Assembly (NCBI GenBank): GCA_036785375.1
Contig: JAWMAR010000013.1
Coordinates: forward strand, 310,001 to 374,000
DNA: 64,000 nt
Direction: 5' to 3'
From: Leucoraja ocellata
Taxonomy: Eukaryota
Part shown: positions 11,521 to 24,490 of the stretch, piece after piece
Layout: every line of letters starts with the position of its first letter
How positions within the stretch are numbered: position 1 is the first letter of the stretch
Notes under the pieces: generated by a model
The model's input: the letters and a program-made list of their open reading frames with translations, nothing else
Told to the model about the DNA's origin: nothing
The model's database searches: none
Position numbers and translations under genes: made by a program

Positions 11521-12644
11521 AAACATGGACAGGTGACTTTTCAGGTCAGGGCCCTTCTTCAGCTTCAGTGCAGACTATGGCAAGCAGAGCTGTTTGCAAT
11601 TCATATCCATTACAGCCTGGAGTCACAATATTCTAGAATAGTGAAACAAATGAATGAGGTGGGAGGTGTTCAGCAGAGACACAGACACAGTTGGTAGAAG
11701 TGTGAAACACTTTCCTTCTAAAGAGGTGGATGCCAGCTCAATTAATAATTTTACATCTGAGATCAATCTATTTTAGCTCGTCAAATATGTTCGGGGCTGC
11801 AATGTGAACAGAATGGAGGTGGAATGCAGATCAGCACAATCTCAAACAATGGCAGAGGACACTGCACGAATGACTGGTCTGGGATGTGACACATCCTTTT
11901 TTGTACATAGAAACAAGGAACTGCAGATGATGGTTTACAAAAAAGGACACAAAGCTCTGGCGTTTTTTTTAAAACAGATAGAAGCCGGCAGTACTAGCAG
12001 GTTGGAGGCTATGAGGGGAGATCATCAGAGGTCGTTAGATCAGAAACAGACTGGGAGTTGATGATTTGGTGTTTGGCTGTGGAATCATAATCAAGGAGTA
12101 GTTATGAGGAGGTGTCCAAGAGATGGTGCCTGGCCTCAGCACTGTAGAGGGCAACATGCCAGACTACAACAGTCTCCCTTGTCGGTGGGTGTCTCCCTTG
12201 CCAGCACTCCTTCATTGTTACCCCGTGTTAGAGAGTGCAGATATGTGCAAACAGGTTAGTACAGGAGGTTCAGACCCACCGATACATTTTTAATAATTTT
12301 CAAAAACGTTTAAATTTAAGTAAGCACAGGAAACCCTGGAGGAAGTAGAGTTTATTGTTGGTTTTCTGGCTTAAATGATGCTGTAAAGCAAGTAGACGAG
12401 GAATGTTTATTTTAGTTTAGAATTGGTATCTCCCAATGGGTGGCAAGTACTCCCAGTGGGCTGTAAGTACTGAGAGACAATTGCAAGGTTCAACCGTTTG
12501 TAAACACAAACCAATCAGGGTCATTGGGACAATAGTGCTGACTCCTGAGGCTATGCACGGGGTTTGGTGCAATTGGATAGGGGGAGGCTCATGTGGAACA
12601 TAAAGAAGACAATAGTCCAACTAGACGAAATAACCATAAAAGGA

Positions 12645-12900
12645 GAGCAGCTGTAGGAACTCAGTGGGTCAGGCAGGAACTGTGGAGGGAATGGACAGGC
12701 ATAATTTCAGGTCAGGACCTCTTACCTAAACTGAGAGAGAGGAAGGGAAGATGTCAGTATAAAGTGTTGGGGGAGGTGTGGGACAAGAGCTAGCAAGTGA
12801 CAGGTGAGGATGGGGGGCTGATTGGCAGATGGAGTCAGGTGGGGGAGGGAAGGGTGCAAATAGCGACAGAGGATGGGAGGTGATGAGTGGAGAATAAAAG
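12645..12900 (-). mobile_element. Decayed Penelope-like terminal region
   Basis: GGAACTCAGTGGGTCAGGCAG...GGACAGG...TTTCAGGTCAGGACC matches the hammerhead-bearing repeat and continues into purine-rich sequence like that next to the GIY-YIG fragment. Confidence 0.5.
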
Positions 12901-12984
12901 GCTGCATTTTCTTGTTTGATAAGAGTAAAAATAGAACTTAATGAGTGAAGGCATGTGGGAACAAAAGGGGAGATCATGATAGAC

Positions 12985-13300
12985 AATAGACAATAGGGTG
13001 CAGGAGTAGGCCATATGGCCCTTTGAGCCAGCACCACCATTCAATTTTTTAGTCATAGAATGATGCAATGTGGAAACAGGCCCTTCAGCCCAACTTGCCC
13101 ACACCGACCAACATGTACCATGTAAACTACTCCCACTCACATGCGTTTGGCCCATATTCATCTAAATCTTTCCTATCCATGTACGTGTCCAAATGTCTCT
13201 TAAACATTAGGATAGCCCCAGCCTTAACTACCTCCTCTAGCAGCTCGTTCCATACACCCCAGCATCCTTTGTGTGAAAAAGCTACCTCACAGATTCCTGT
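12985..13300 (-). mobile_element. Two CR1 3'-end fragments
   Basis: (ACAATAG)n tail plus GGTGCAGGAGTAGGCC, then TGGAAACAGGCCCTTCAGCCCAAC...TGTGTGAAAAA. Confidence 0.75.
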
Positions 13301-13304
13301 TAAT

Positions 13305-13534
13305 TTCTGAAATATTGGTCATAAATTTTGTGCAAAAATGCTCCAAAATAAGGCTCAGAATGCATCAGAGAGCATCTAAAACCCCAGAGCTTCCAGGGCC
13401 CTTAAGCGGACCCTGGCATAGAGGGACTTCACGCTTCACGCTCATGATGTGCGCAGCGCACACACTATTTCACATTACATTTTTTGTAATCCTGTCATGC
13501 CACCCCCCTTTTTGGAAAGCTTCGTACGGGCCTG
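13305..13534. mobile_element. Probable truncated DNA transposon end
   Basis: Composition shift ending in CTTCGTACGGGCCTG (reverse CAGGCCCGTACG, a CAG-type terminus); the partner TIR is absent. Confidence 0.35.
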
Positions 13535-13581
13535 CATAATAGTCTCATGGATGAGCTACGGTACATTCCAAGGAGAAGTTA

Positions 13582-13895
13582 AGGGCCTGTCCCACTTTAC
13601 GAAGTAATTGACGAATTCTCCAGAGTTATTCACGAATTCTCCCGAGTTTTCCCCTTGATTCAAACTCGCAGAATGTTCGTAACGGGTCCATAGATATATC
13701 ATAAACCAGCCGTAGGTACTCGGGGCATCCTCCCGACTATTTTTTTACTCGTGGACATTTTTATCAGGCTGGAAAAAACGTCCCGACTTACCTGATGCCC
13801 CGAGTACCCACGGCTGGCATAACGAGCCGCTACGATTATATCTACGGACTCCTACAGACCCGTTACGAACATTCTGCGAGTTTGAATCAGGCCCT
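13582..13895. mobile_element. PIF/Harbinger-type MITE with internal deletion in the right arm
   Basis: TTA|AGGGCCTGTCCCAC ... CAGGCCCT|TTA; long internal inverted arms (GATTCAAACTCGCAGAATGTTCGTAACGGGTC and its reverse complement). Confidence 0.85.
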
Positions 13896-14547
13896 TTAGG
13901 AGGAGAAAAAATCTGAAGGAAAAAGTTATATCATCAGATAATTAGATCAAAAGTGGTTTTAATGTTTTGCCCATTCTCCACAATTTTATCCAACAGGGCC
14001 CCGATCTCTATTGTCCTGAGATAAAGTTGGAGTGGAATTTATAAAATAAATGCACATTGATTCACCTTGAATGCCTGCAGCTTACCGGAGGCTATTTTCT
14101 TTCACAAGCCTGTTTGAATATTCAGTGCCAGTAAAACTTTAGCAATGGAATATCAACGTATGAATAATTCTACAAATGTAGCATAGCTTCAATTCAAAAG
14201 CTTTGTGACATGAGGAGTGAGTGGGAACTCAATGTAGACGTCTGTGCTTTCCGAGCTGCAGGGATCTGCAGAGACTTTGCAATATCAAAGACTGTGATGA
14301 GAAATGGAATCTTTAAAATTGGAAATACAGGTATGAAAGACCCTCCATCCTTCTGCAAATCATAAAATGTAAGCTATCATTTATATATTTATGGATGTTA
14401 TATAAAAAGCTTGTGACATATTTCATGGCTTTTCTCTATGTTTCTTGGAATGACTGAGATTGAAATTCATCTTTGTTCACTCAGACCAAACAAGTCTGTT
14501 GCACTCCCTGGTGACATCCAGGTCAAGTGAAGACAGTGAAACCAAAT

Positions 14548-14735
14548 AGTGAGGGAGGGATGGGGGAGTGTGTGAGGGTGGAATGGGGGAGCAGTTAATG
14601 GTGGGGAGGAGATGGGGTGGGGAAGCAGGTGAGGATGGGGGGATGACGTGGCAGGGGAGGTGGTGAGGGAGTAGGTGAGGGTGGGGCAGGGGAGCAGGTG
14701 AAGGTGGGGGGAAATGGGTGGGGGGAGGAGGGAGA
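14548..14735 (+). repeat. G-rich low-complexity tract (G-quadruplex-prone)
   Basis: More than ten G3+ runs separated by short spacers. Confidence 0.6.
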
Positions 14736-15654
14736 AAACGTTGCAACCATTATCATAATGATCATTTATCAAAATGAAATAGGTCCCCCAAGAACACGTT
14801 TCCCCCGGATTTTATCATGCAAGTAAGAATTTCATTGTTCTGTAGCTGGTACATATGATGTTGACGTATGAAATGTCATACAGATGTTGGTCATACAGAT
14901 GTTAAATTATCGTGAAGTTACTGGTTTAAAGATTGGGAATTCCTTTCAATTGGACAATGCATCCTAAATGTACTTTGTAGAAAGAAATGTATAGTGAAAT
15001 GCCTTTTACTAGAAGCCAATCAGGAAGCCGCCTGCGTGGCATGTCACCAAGCCATGTGGGTGAAGGAGGTGGTGCATCCTCTCAGATCGGTCCCCACACA
15101 GAACGCCCCATCCCGAGAACTCTCTGACACCACGACCTTGCTGGGCTGGTGGTGAGAAGAGCCCTCCCCGTCACATCCTTCTACACAGCAGAAGTCTCAA
15201 TGCCCACCACATGCTGCCCTCAAGATCAATGTGTGCAGGAGAGGCCAAGAACGAAGAGCAGCAGTTGGCAATGTGACCCCTACAGTGAGGCCCTGGTCTG
15301 GTCTAGTCTGGGACTCATAGGGTGGTGGAGGGAATTAATTGTGACTAAATCAAACCTCATTCAAAATGTTAAAAATTCTCAGGTGTGATGAATATTCATC
15401 CTGGTGCGATTGAAGAGGAAATGATCAGAATATTGATGTAACAACGTGTATCCTTTTTCCCAGAGCACAGCACATCGAACCTCAATAATCATTAGCACTC
15501 CACTGCATGTTTTAGTGATCAAAAAATATAAATCTATAATAATGCTGCTTAGCACTATGTTTCAGTGATTGCAAAATACAAATCAATGTAAAATGCTGCT
15601 GATCACTATTACGATTCTCAATGAAATAAAAATTCCCGGTAAGTAAAAAACATA

Positions 15655-16145
15655 CTATCCGGATACATCACAGCTCAGTCTGGGAAGAATCAAATTGCAG
15701 AGACTTGTGGATGTAGCCCAGTTCATCACACAGACCAGGCTCCCCACATCAACTCCATGTACACTTTTCACTGCCTTGGGAAAGAAGCCAACATAATCAA
15801 GACTCTTTACCACCCCAGGTATTCCCTCTCTCATCGGGCAGAGGATACAAAAACATGAAAGAATGTTCCACCAGATTCAGGAACTGTTTTTTTCCTGGTG
15901 TTATCAAACTACTGAACGCTGCTGCCATAAGCTAAGATGTAGTCCCGATCTTCCAACCTACCTCATTGCGGGCCTTGCACTTTTTCTCCATGACTGTAAT
16001 GCTACAATGCTGTAACAATATATTCTGCGTTTTCCTCTGTTGTACTTGTGTATGGTGTGATTGTACTCGTGTATGGTATGATTTTACTGGATAGGAAGAA
16101 AAAAAAGCTTTTCTCTGAATCCCAGTACACAAGGCAATAATAAAG
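15655..16145 (+). mobile_element. Rex1/Babar-clade LINE 3' fragment
   Basis: Colinear with 52140-52660 (AAATTGCAGAGA..GTAGCCCAG..CATCACACAGACC...CACCAGATTCAGGAAC..TTT...AAAAGCTTTT..CTG). Confidence 0.75.
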
Positions 16146-16639
16146 GCAACGCCAATGGAAGGTAATTGCAGGGGATCAGTTCTGTGTTGTTCACCAGTCA
16201 TCAGTGAGCCACTACTGCGTCATGGCCATTCTAAGAAATAATTTTGAGTTCTAGAGAAATTGATGGCCATAATTAGCAGCAATAATATTTCAAATTGCCT
16301 CACAGCTCTCAGAGATGAGTTAAGTTAAGTATAATTTAAAAGCAGGGATTTCTCACCACTCATTTGTGGAGCAGAATGGTGGACCTCACCCTCACCTTGA
16401 GTCTGATGTACATCAGCCTCTTGCCTGAACCCATTCCAGTTGCGTTTATAGAACAGAGAGCATGACTTCATTGTTCTTTGGCATCCGTTTTGGTGGCAGA
16501 GTAGAGATTCTATACTCGCTAACTGGCTTAAGCTATTAAAGAGCAAAGCACTAAGTGCTGGAGGAACTCAGCAGGCCAAGCAGCATCTGTGGAGGTAATG
16601 GACAAAAGACTTTTCAGCACCGGGCCTCTACTCACTGGA

Positions 16640-17025
16640 GGCTAGAAGGTTGAGGGAGGGCCTCATTGAAACTTAGAATAATGAAAGGCATAGATAGAGT
16701 GGATATGGAAAGAATGTTTCCACTGGTGGGAGAGTCTAGGACCAGAGGTAATAACCTCAGAATTAAAGGGCACTCGTTTAGAAAGGAAGTAAAGAGGAAC
16801 TTCTTTAGTCAGAGGGTAGTTAATCTGTGGAACTCATTGCCACAGAGGGTTGTGGAGGCCAAGTCAGTAGATATTTTTAATGCAGAAATAGACAAATTCT
16901 TGATTAGAACGAGTGTCAAGGGTTAGGGGAGAAAGCAGGAAAATTGGAATTGGAGGCAGAGATCAGCCATGATTGAATGGTGGAGTAGACTCGATGGGCC
17001 GAATGCCCTAATTCTATAACTTGTG
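16640..17025 (+). mobile_element. CR1 3' fragment
   Basis: ORF IMKGIDRVD.ERMFPLVGESRTRG..LRIKG..FRKEV.RNFFSQRVVNLWNSLPQ. Confidence 0.9.
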
Positions 17026-19235
17026 AAATTCTACTATGCTGTTACTACTTCCTCGGGGATCCCTGACCACCAGATTTTGTGTCTGGCATTTTGTATGAAT
17101 CTTATTTATATTTAAACTGACCATCTCTAACTTTATCTGCCAAATTTGTAGGGTATGCAGAATACAAATATCCTAACTCCACTTATGTGTTGAATAACAA
17201 ATGTATTGAAGAGGATGTGGTGAAGCTTGTAGAGAGAAGGCTACGCTCTCTGCCAGAAATTACCGCGAGGTTTGTTTCCTGCAACCATGTGTGCTGAAAG
17301 CCTGCCATATAGCAACTGCAAAATGTGGAAAAAGTATTCAGCAAAATCAACTCACATTTGATCCAAGTGTACTATTTTTGATATAGTCATTATAATTAGA
17401 AACTCTGAATAGAGGCACTTTAGTATTTTTATGATTTGTTTTCAGATATGTGTATCCATCTTTTTATCCAGAATCGACATGCAGATTATTTGACAACCTT
17501 TCCACGAGTAAAAGGAGGTGAGTTTAAAATACTACAGATTGTTTTGTTTCTGGAAGGAAGCGCATTCATTGTGATCAGGTCGCAGATCTTTCACTTGCAC
17601 CATGCAGCCACTGGGAGGTGTCTTATCCCTGCATATAACTAGATGTCATCAGTACTCCCAGATCTCCGGAACAGGTTAGGGCTGCACAAGGTGAAATGTT
17701 TTCGGAGGGGTTGAGGCGAGTGCAGAGGGTGAGGGTAGTGGAGAGGGCAAGGCATTAACGTCACGTTGACTGTTAGAAATGAAAAAGCAGAGGGAAGGCA
17801 AAAGACCAGACGGATGTGTCCAAGAGGAGGAGTGCTGGAGACCTTGAGGTGAGGATTCCTTTCCCAAGAAATAGGTACAAAAATCAAGATGGAGGATACA
17901 GAAGATGGGTCTCAAACTGACCTGTTGACTGTATGTTGCCATTGGCAGAAGAGATAGTTGGGCAGGTACAATAACAACATTTAACCAATACTTGGACAGG
18001 TTCATCGATAAGAAAGGTTTAGAGTGATCTTGGCCAGTCATGGGTAAAGGGGACTAGTTTAGATGGGGCACATTGGTCAGCGTCGATAGGTTGGGCTGAA
18101 GGGCCTAATTCAGTGCTCAATGACTCTATGCCCTCCACAGATGCCGCCTGACCAGCTGAGTTTTGCCTTTGTAAAACTGGCAGGAGGAAGTTAAGTACAG
18201 GGAAGGGATGGAGGAGGCAGTGGAGATGGTTGCATGGTGCACTTTCTATTCATTAGAAACTTGGTATGAAGTGCATTGACATGAGACATGCTGCTCATTC
18301 ATTTACCACATCAGATGCCTGAGCATCTCTGATGACAGTAGCGATCTCCCTTCGCATCTCGTTCAATTCAGTTTATTGTCACATGTACCGAGGTACAGTG
18401 AAAAGCTTTTGTAGCGTGCTAACCTGCCAGTGGAAGGACAACACATGATTACAATCGAGCCATTCACAGTGTACAGATATCATGTCTTCAGTTGTATTCT
18501 TAGATTTCAAGGGCAGTCTTGCAATCATTGAAGGGCATATGCTTGCCTGGGATTGCTGCAACACAACTCTGTCTGTTTCCCAACGAGCGACCTGCGGCTG
18601 GGCTTAGTTTCTGGATTTGCTCAGTGCTGGGGCCCTGTCAGAGAGCATTTTTGCCAGGCAGGTGACAGCTTCCCTTCAAATGAAACTCTGCGCCAAATTC
18701 AGCTGCAGTATCAGAGCTGTGATGAAGTAACACAAATACCAACGCCTGCACCTGCTTCTTGACTCTTTCAGGTACAAGTAGAATTTCTGCTAAAGTAGAC
18801 AAATCTACTTTAGTTTGTTACTTTCAGCAACAGGATGTCCTGGCCTGATGGTTTTATGGCGATTATATGTTAGAGACTGAGTGCGATTAATTTGGAGGTA
18901 ATAACCATTTCTCCCTTTTTTGAAGAAACAGACACTGCTCTTCAGGGGATGACAAATGACCAGACTGGTTTAAGGCCAAGAAAATGAAGTCAACCTTTAT
19001 CCATAGTAAGCCACGCTGTGACATTTGATATCTGCAGGTAAATTGTTAATTTATAAAACTGATATACCTACCTCTTCTTTTGCTGTCAATGTTCATGTGA
19101 TCCGGAAAACTATGGTTGCTCTGTGAGGACAGAAGAGAAACAGAACATTCACCATCACTCTGCTCAGCACTGCAAGCAGCTCAATTCATGATTTTCTTTA
19201 GATAATTTAAATATTTAAATGTAATCATGTTAAAT

Positions 19236-19640
19236 CATCATCGGTGGTGACTCAAAACGAGTATGACTGTCCCCTCATGGAGGACCCCTGTGCGTAACTT
19301 TGTTTAACGTGGGGAGACTGGAGCACAGACAGCCGCCACACGGGCCATGACAGATCTGGGTCAGAATCCACTGGCTTGGATTCCAAGACAACCAGGGACC
19401 CTTTTTTGCTGCAGCCTTCATCCGCCTTCCCAGCTGTTGTGACCCTCCACTAAAGTCAGCCATCATCATCTGCTTATTCCACCGTTGAGGTCTTGGTTGG
19501 ATTGCTCTTTGTCAGAGACCTCTCCCTCGACCTTACCACCATGCGTGGCCCTACCAGGAGCATAGCACCTGATGGCATCGCTCTCAGGATCTCAGGACCA
19601 CACACGCTTCTCCACCATGACAAGGTGACAATCCATGGAG
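19236..19640 (-). mobile_element. Non-autonomous bipartite RTE-clade element (5' UTR fused to 3' end)
   Basis: Minus strand starts CTCCATGGATTGTCACCTTGTCATGGTGGAGAAG...GGGCCACGCATGGTGG..GGTC (RTE/BovB-like 5' UTR, from memory) and ends in a (GAT)n tail; flanked by a degenerate ~20-bp AT-rich direct repeat. Confidence 0.65.
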
Positions 19641-19729
19641 AATAATTTAGATATATTAAATATCTAAATTGCATTCTATAATAAAGTGATATGCTGAATT
19701 GAGGGATTGTGAGCCGATATAGCAATAGT

Positions 19730-20092
19730 CAGACAACAAAGAGACTAGACCTTCAGCACAATTAATCCATGCCGATGAAGGTGCCCCATTTATTCTAATA
19801 AGATTTGCTCATGTTTGGCCCATATTCCCCTCAAACTTTCCTTTCCATGTACCTGTCCAAGTCTCTTTTAAATGTTGTTATTGCACCTGTCTCAACTACT
19901 TCCTCCGGCAGCTGGTTCGGTATTCCATACATTCTCTGTGTGGAAAATGTTGCCCCTCAGGTCCTGATCAAATCATTCCCTTCCAACCATACACTTAAGC
20001 CCTCAAGTTCTTGATTCCCCTAACCTGGGAAAAAGACTCTGTGTACTCACCCTATCTATTCCCCTCATGATCTTCTACAGCTCTATAAGATA
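19730..20092 (-). mobile_element. CR1 3' fragment
   Basis: TTTCCATGTACCTGTCCAA...CTATCTATTCCCCTCATGAT...CTCTATAAGAT. Confidence 0.8.
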
Positions 20093-20216
20093 TGAATAAT
20101 TTACTGGATGTCTGTGCCGTATCATGTACACATAAAATGCTACTTTCTTTATAAATGAAGAACCAAGTGATATTTTAATTTTACCCTACTTCTCAGTTGA
20201 TTTAAAAATGTTAACC

Positions 20217-20400
20217 ATTGATTTAAGAGAGAGTTAGATAGAGCTCTAGGGGCTAGTGGAGTCAAGGGATATGGGAGAGGGCAGGCACGGGTTATTGAAA
20301 GGGTACGATCAGCCATGATCACAATGAATGGCGGTGCTGGCTCGAAGGGCCGAATGGCCTCCTCCTGCACATATTTTCTATGTTTCTATGTTTCTATATT
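20217..20400 (+). mobile_element. Young CR1 3' end with (TTTCTATG)n tail
   Basis: GGCGGTGCTGGCTCGAAGGGCCGAATGGCCTCCTCCTGCAC plus octamer tail. Confidence 0.9.
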
Positions 20401-21409
20401 TCTATTGGGGTTAAACAGCAAAAATAATTAATAATATGATTAACTCTAAAAGGACAACACTCACTGGGAAGATGTTCCAAACCCAAGGTTTTACAATAAA
20501 GATAATACAGTATGAATAAGCAATCTGAATTAATGTGCCAAACATTATACATGGCTCAGTTGTATGTGCTCTAATTCCACACGTGAGATCTCCTTGTAAT
20601 TTAAAGTCATGCCCTGATTTCAACCTGGCCTTAATAGTCAGGTTTCCATAATGTAATAGGTTAATTAACTTCAGACTGTGTAACTCTTATTGGCATCATG
20701 GGATGATGGTCAGATCTCTGTGCTCAGGTATTTGTCCTCAGGGTGGTGCATGTGTGGGAGGGAGTCTGTGGTTGTGCTCGCAGTGGAGGCTGCACGAGGA
20801 AGATTGAAGATGATTGTTGTATACTCACCTGATGCTATCACTAAGACAGGACATAGTCCAATATCACACTTCTGATTTGTACCTTGTACATGGTGGAGAG
20901 GCTTTGGGGGGTCAGAATGTGAATCACTCCTCTTTATACATAGCCACTGAATGTCAAGAGTGGAGGAGGTTCATGTGCCCACGTTTAACCTGATGCCTGA
21001 GATTTCTGGTGGTCTTGAATCAATGCTGAGGCCTCCCAGGGAGTATTCCTCCCACCTGTGTACCACTGTGTCTCCAGTTCTGGTGCAGAGGAGCTGTACA
21101 TAACCCACAGTAGATGGAATGGAGGAATCGAGTGCATTGTTCATAGCTGTGATCCTATGGAGCATATGCGACTATGGAGCAAGTCTGCTGTGTGACTAAT
21201 TCTCGGAATTTAAATATTTGCCCTCAGATAATGGATAGATGGAAGGGAATTGACAGATTATGTGCAAAGTTACATTTCTGTCTATTTAACTTACCAAGAA
21301 GTATTGTAACTTCGGAAGTTGTGATTTTAGGGCTGCCAGAATGAGGTTGAACAGGACTGTGATAGGAACACATTTGATATGCTGCATGCCATTTTAGCCT
21401 CTGATCACT

Positions 21410-21660
21410 CAGAAGGATATATTTGCCTTGAAGTCAGTGAAGTGTCGTTTCACTGAATTGATTCCTGGGATGAAAGAGTTGGCCTGTGATCTGAGATTGA
21501 GAAAGATTGTTATACACCCATTCGGGTATCGAGGAAAGGTGATCTTACTGCAACAAGCAAGATTCAGAAAGAGATTCATGCAGTGAATGCAGAAGGGCTT
21601 TTTAGCTGTAGAGTCTAGAATAGTGGAGATAATTTCAGAATCATCTATTCAGGTCATCTA
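21410..21660 (+). mobile_element. Old CR1 fragment
   Basis: AGAAGGATATATTTGCCTTGAAG.CAGTG...TTCACTGAATTGATTCCTGGGATGAAAG is homologous to the CR1 ORF2 C-terminus. Confidence 0.65.
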
Positions 21661-22749
21661 GTTTAGACACCAACCAGATTTTGGCTGGAGGACTTTGCAA
21701 GACCCCTTTGCCACATCCTAATTTGGTACCTAGTTCAATGTCAGGTGGACTGTTCAGGTTTATTCTTCCTGCTGGAAGAACGAGATGGCTTGCCAGGGTA
21801 TTTCAAGGGTCTGTAAGAATCAACTCAGATTGTCGGTCTGGAGTCCCATTAGGCCAGACAAACTAATGATGACAGATTTCTTTCACTGAAGGACATTCAT
21901 GAACCAGAGAGGAGTTTATGAAAATCCATTTATTTGGGTCTTCATTATGATTGAGTAGCTTTTACAGTGAGAATGTGTGTAAAACATTAGGAAATGTTCG
22001 CATGCACCTCCAACAATCAATTATACAGCACATAATGTTGAACTGTATAGACAGCTATGAGACCTGTCACAGAAATGCCTTTAAGGCCAATAAAGGTCAA
22101 CTATTGGAAGGAAATGGTTGACAGCAAGTCTCATGAGTATTGTTTGTGCTCAGAGGAAAACTTTAAGCTGCAAAAAGCTTGTTTAGTGTACACAACGTTC
22201 CTGATATATTTAGTTCTTAATAACAAATCCATTTTTATAACTTCCTCTGCAAAGTAAAAGCAGCAGATGTTTCCACTTATCTGATGACAGATGTTACCAG
22301 CTGTGGGAGGGGGTGTATCACCACATGATCAGTTATGGTCCCCTGAGGTGGCTTCTTCCTAGTCTCATTCCCACCACCATTAAAGACTGCGTCAGGACTG
22401 TTTAGAGATTGATAGGGCTATGGGGGAAATGGGACCAGCCCAATATGCCAACTTGGTCGGCATGGACAAGGTGGGCTGAAGGGCCTCTCTCTCTATGACT
22501 CTACGACTAGGCTAGAGAAAGCAATTAATATCCCAGACCCTATATTCCCATTCTCTCACTTCTCTATCATCTGAAATATACTGTTGCCCTTCTCAAGGTA
22601 AAACTACATGTACAATTAATCACAATCTTCATGCCGGCTACTGTCCTCTATTGTGTCACCACTGAATCACTGCCAGCTCTTCAAACATTCTTTTGTCCAT
22701 ACTAAAAGGGACAGCATGACACTGCTGGCCTTTAGGAGTGTAACTTCAT

Positions 22750-23950
22750 GAAGTGCAGTAGACTACAAACTGCTTTCCGAAAAGGTATGAGAACTTATTC
22801 AGTTGTATTGTAATTGCCAAGTTAAAAAATAATGAGGATCCAATTGACAGACCACCCACATTAATTAAACAGAGTGAGATTGCTCCCAGCCTCTTTGACC
22901 TATCAATGTTTTCCTCATGGGTATCTCGGGACCAGCATCTAATTTGGGCGAATCGTCTCACTGACCAGTAAACAACAGCTTCAGGGAGTCATTCTCACAC
23001 AATCATAGATGACAGAAAGCAGTCCAGACTCTTCCATTACAATCCGTGGGTACACCCCAAGATGTGAGCCCAACAGTTCACAGGTAGCAGGGGATAGCCT
23101 CAGAAATCCTCAACGTTGATTCCAGACCCCATGAATCTCCTGGCTTCAGATCAAACACAAACAAGAAAACAGCCTGCAAATCATCACACTGAGGGCCACT
23201 GCCGTGCGGAATCTCTGACTCCACTGCTTCAGACTGTGGTCTGTATCAAGTTGGGGATCAATCAAGTCTATGATAAACCTGCTTGTCTTTGACCCTACCC
23301 AGCATCTACCTGACAATATGAAAAGTAACCCAGGAATGATTCATGAAGATATTTTGGTTGGCATGGATGAGATGGGCAGAAAAGCCTGTTTCAATGCTGC
23401 TGATGTCAAAGGCAGTCACTCTCACCTCCCTGGAATGGAGCTCTCTGGATCCATGGTGAGGCATGAGGTCAAGTGGTCTCAGTCAAACCCAAACCAAGCA
23501 TCGTGAGCAGTTGGAAAGTGCTACCTGATTGCAGTTAATAATATGTTCCATGAATCTGTGATGAATGAAAATCTCCCGATGAGGTGGTCTTCAGATAGAT
23601 TGGATTTGTTTAATCAGCCTCATATGTTGTACTCCAGTGCTGAGATATTGCTCAATCAAGGCCACAGTCTCCCATACAGGACCTCAAGCTTAAATAGTTT
23701 CAACACACAGGAAGAAGCATGGTGGGGACCAGTGTTAGAGCAAATACTTTTTGCCAAATGTCAGAGATTGACTGATTGCCCGGGAAAAGGGTTTTCTTCC
23801 CTCCTGAAAGATGTTTTTTTAAAGAGTGCATCAAACTTGGAAAGGATAACGGTTGGACAGGTCATAGTATCTCACTGCTTTTCTGCAAGGCTGCAATAAT
23901 GAGGATTGACTATGTATCTAGTCCAAGTCCACATAGAGATAAATATAGTT
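22750..23950 (-). mobile_element. Highly decayed Ty3/Gypsy pol remnant (RNase H / integrase N-terminus)
   Basis: Broken minus-strand motifs VRYYD....QV/FDA....QEG.KP (~23780-23880) and GLESTLR (~23105-23130) resemble Gypsy RNase H and the integrase zinc-finger region; many frameshifts. Confidence 0.4.
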
Positions 23951-24079
23951 AACTTTGTCATGATATGACAGACCAAGGTATGAACTCACATAAGGTCACA
24001 GTCCTATTTATGCTGATACCACAACACGTATCCTCGGTGTGAATCTCACTGCCCAACTTGTGGGCAACCAGTCGCTGAA

Positions 24080-24490
24080 TCACACAAACCAACCTCCCTT
24101 CCATTGACTCCATTTACACCTCACTCTGTCTCAGCAAGGCCACCAGCATAGTCAAGGATGAGTCTCACCCTGGCCACTCCATCTTCTCCCCTCCCCCAAT
24201 GGGCAAAAGGTATAAAAGTATGAAAATGCACACCTCCAGATTCAGGGACAGTTTCTTCCCAGCTGTTGTCAGACAACAAAACCATCCTCCCAACATCCAG
24301 AGAGCAGTTCTGAACTATTATCTATCTCATTGGACTATCTTTGATCGGACTTTACTGGACTTTATCTTGTACTAAATGTTATCCGTGTTATTCCCTTTTG
24401 TCATGTATCTGTACATTGTGGATGACTGGTTAGCAAGCATCAAAAGCTTTTCACTGTCCCTCAGTACATGTGACAATAAGCTAAACTCAA
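24080..24490 (+). mobile_element. Rex1/Babar-clade LINE 3' fragment
   Basis: CACACAAACCAACCTCCCTTCCATTGAC...CACCTCCAGATTCAGGGACAGTTTCTTCCCAGCTG...AAAAGCTTTTCACTGT..CTC.GTACATGTGACAATAA. Confidence 0.8.
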
